DNA from: an uncultured Acidobacteriota bacterium
Lineage (GTDB): Bacteria > Acidobacteriota > Thermoanaerobaculia > UBA5066 > Gp7-AA6
Direction of reading: 5' to 3'
Assembly (NCBI GenBank): GCA_963733815.1
Contig: CAVTEG010000006.1
Span: 289,956 to 353,955, forward strand
DNA length: 64,000 nt
Part shown: one piece after another, positions 63,516 through 64,000 of the stretch
Layout of the letters: every line of letters begins with the position of its first letter
How positions within the stretch are numbered: position 1 is the first letter of the stretch
The notes under the pieces: model-generated
The model's input: only the letters and a program-made list of their open reading frames with translations
What the model was told of the DNA's origin: nothing
The model's database searches: none
Made by a program: the position numbers and the translations under genes

Positions 63516-63622
63516 GCATCGCGAGCCGCAGGCCGCAAGCGTTGGGCAATGTGTCGTGTCGGTGATCACATCGGCCCCTAGCTGCTTACTGCCTGCTGCT
63601 TACTGAGTTACCATCTTTCGCA

Positions 63623-64000
63623 ATGGCCTGGGTCACTTGTCCGCATTGTGGCTTCACGCAGATTCCGGCTGCGCAGTGCCTGAAGTGCCACAAACGCCTG
63701 GACCGCGCCCCTCAGCCTCCCTCCGCGACTCCGCCGCCACCTCCGAAAGGGACCGGCGTCTGGTCGAGACTGCCTCCGCGTCCCTACCTGCTGATCCTGG
63801 CAGGTCTCGCACTCGCGGTGATCACAACGATCCTGGTCTGGAGCGCCCGCAGCGGAAACCCGATCGCCGAGACCGCGGGCCTCGCTCCCGCGACACCCGA
63901 GCCCTGGTCCATCGACCTGACCGGCCGCTGGTTCGGCAAGGTCACGACCACGATCTCGGGCACGCCATCGCGCCCGGCCTTGCGCGAGACCTTCGTCGAG
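63623..64000 (+). CDS. Zinc-ribbon, membrane-anchored hypothetical protein (5' part; runs off the right edge)
   Basis: The ATG at 63623 reads MAWVTCPHCGFTQIPAAQCLKCHKRL (CxxC..CxxC), then a Pro-rich stretch, then TM YLLILAGLALAVITTILVW. Open to the window end. Confidence 0.55.
   Translation, partial: MAWVTCPHCGFTQIPAAQCLKCHKRLDRAPQPPSATPPPPPKGTGVWSRLPPRPYLLILAGLALAVITTILVWSARSGNPIAETAGLAPATPEPWSIDLTGRWFGKVTTTISGTPSRPALRETFVE

Noticed and set aside
1-64000. CRISPR arrays, rRNA/tRNA genes, IS transposases
   Set aside because: No regularly spaced repeats, no tRNA-like T-arm/acceptor signatures and no transposase-like ORFs were seen on visual inspection. Small RNAs cannot be excluded without covariance-model scans.

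Overview
This is a very GC-rich bacterial chromosomal segment, judged by eye rather than computed. It is densely coding, and many adjacent genes share 1-4 nt start/stop overlaps. I saw no rRNA, tRNA, CRISPR array or obvious prophage/IS. Housekeeping genes are metK (5' end only), rsmD, cca-like, dnaE, guaA, xerD-like, prfB (with its classical +1 programmed frameshift), lnt, lipA, trmH-like and an AMMECR1 gene. The clearest metabolic module is a lysine-fermentation cluster (3-keto-5-aminohexanoate pathway: kdd, kamD, kamE, kal, kce plus an APC permease). It sits inside a ten-gene translationally coupled + strand operon. A thiolase/hbd/crotonase set lies 5-10 kb downstream. Other content includes three large secreted metallopeptidases (two M28, one M1), a PEGA-domain Ser/Thr kinase neighbourhood, an SPFH/NfeD pair, and an Spt-like/GNAT/SDR/PAP2 group that may make a sphingolipid-like lipid. 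Points worth a second look: (1) six single-base indels interrupt five conserved genes, four of which belong to or flank the lysine route; (2) a 266-nt self-complementary intergenic element has a partial second copy carrying a compensatory hairpin change; (3) two secreted paralogs of unknown function sit inside the thiolase-hbd-crotonase operon; (4) the candidate ceramide-type lipid cluster. The many very long ORFs antisense to real genes are GC-content artefacts. Start codons are best guesses; nothing was searched against databases.
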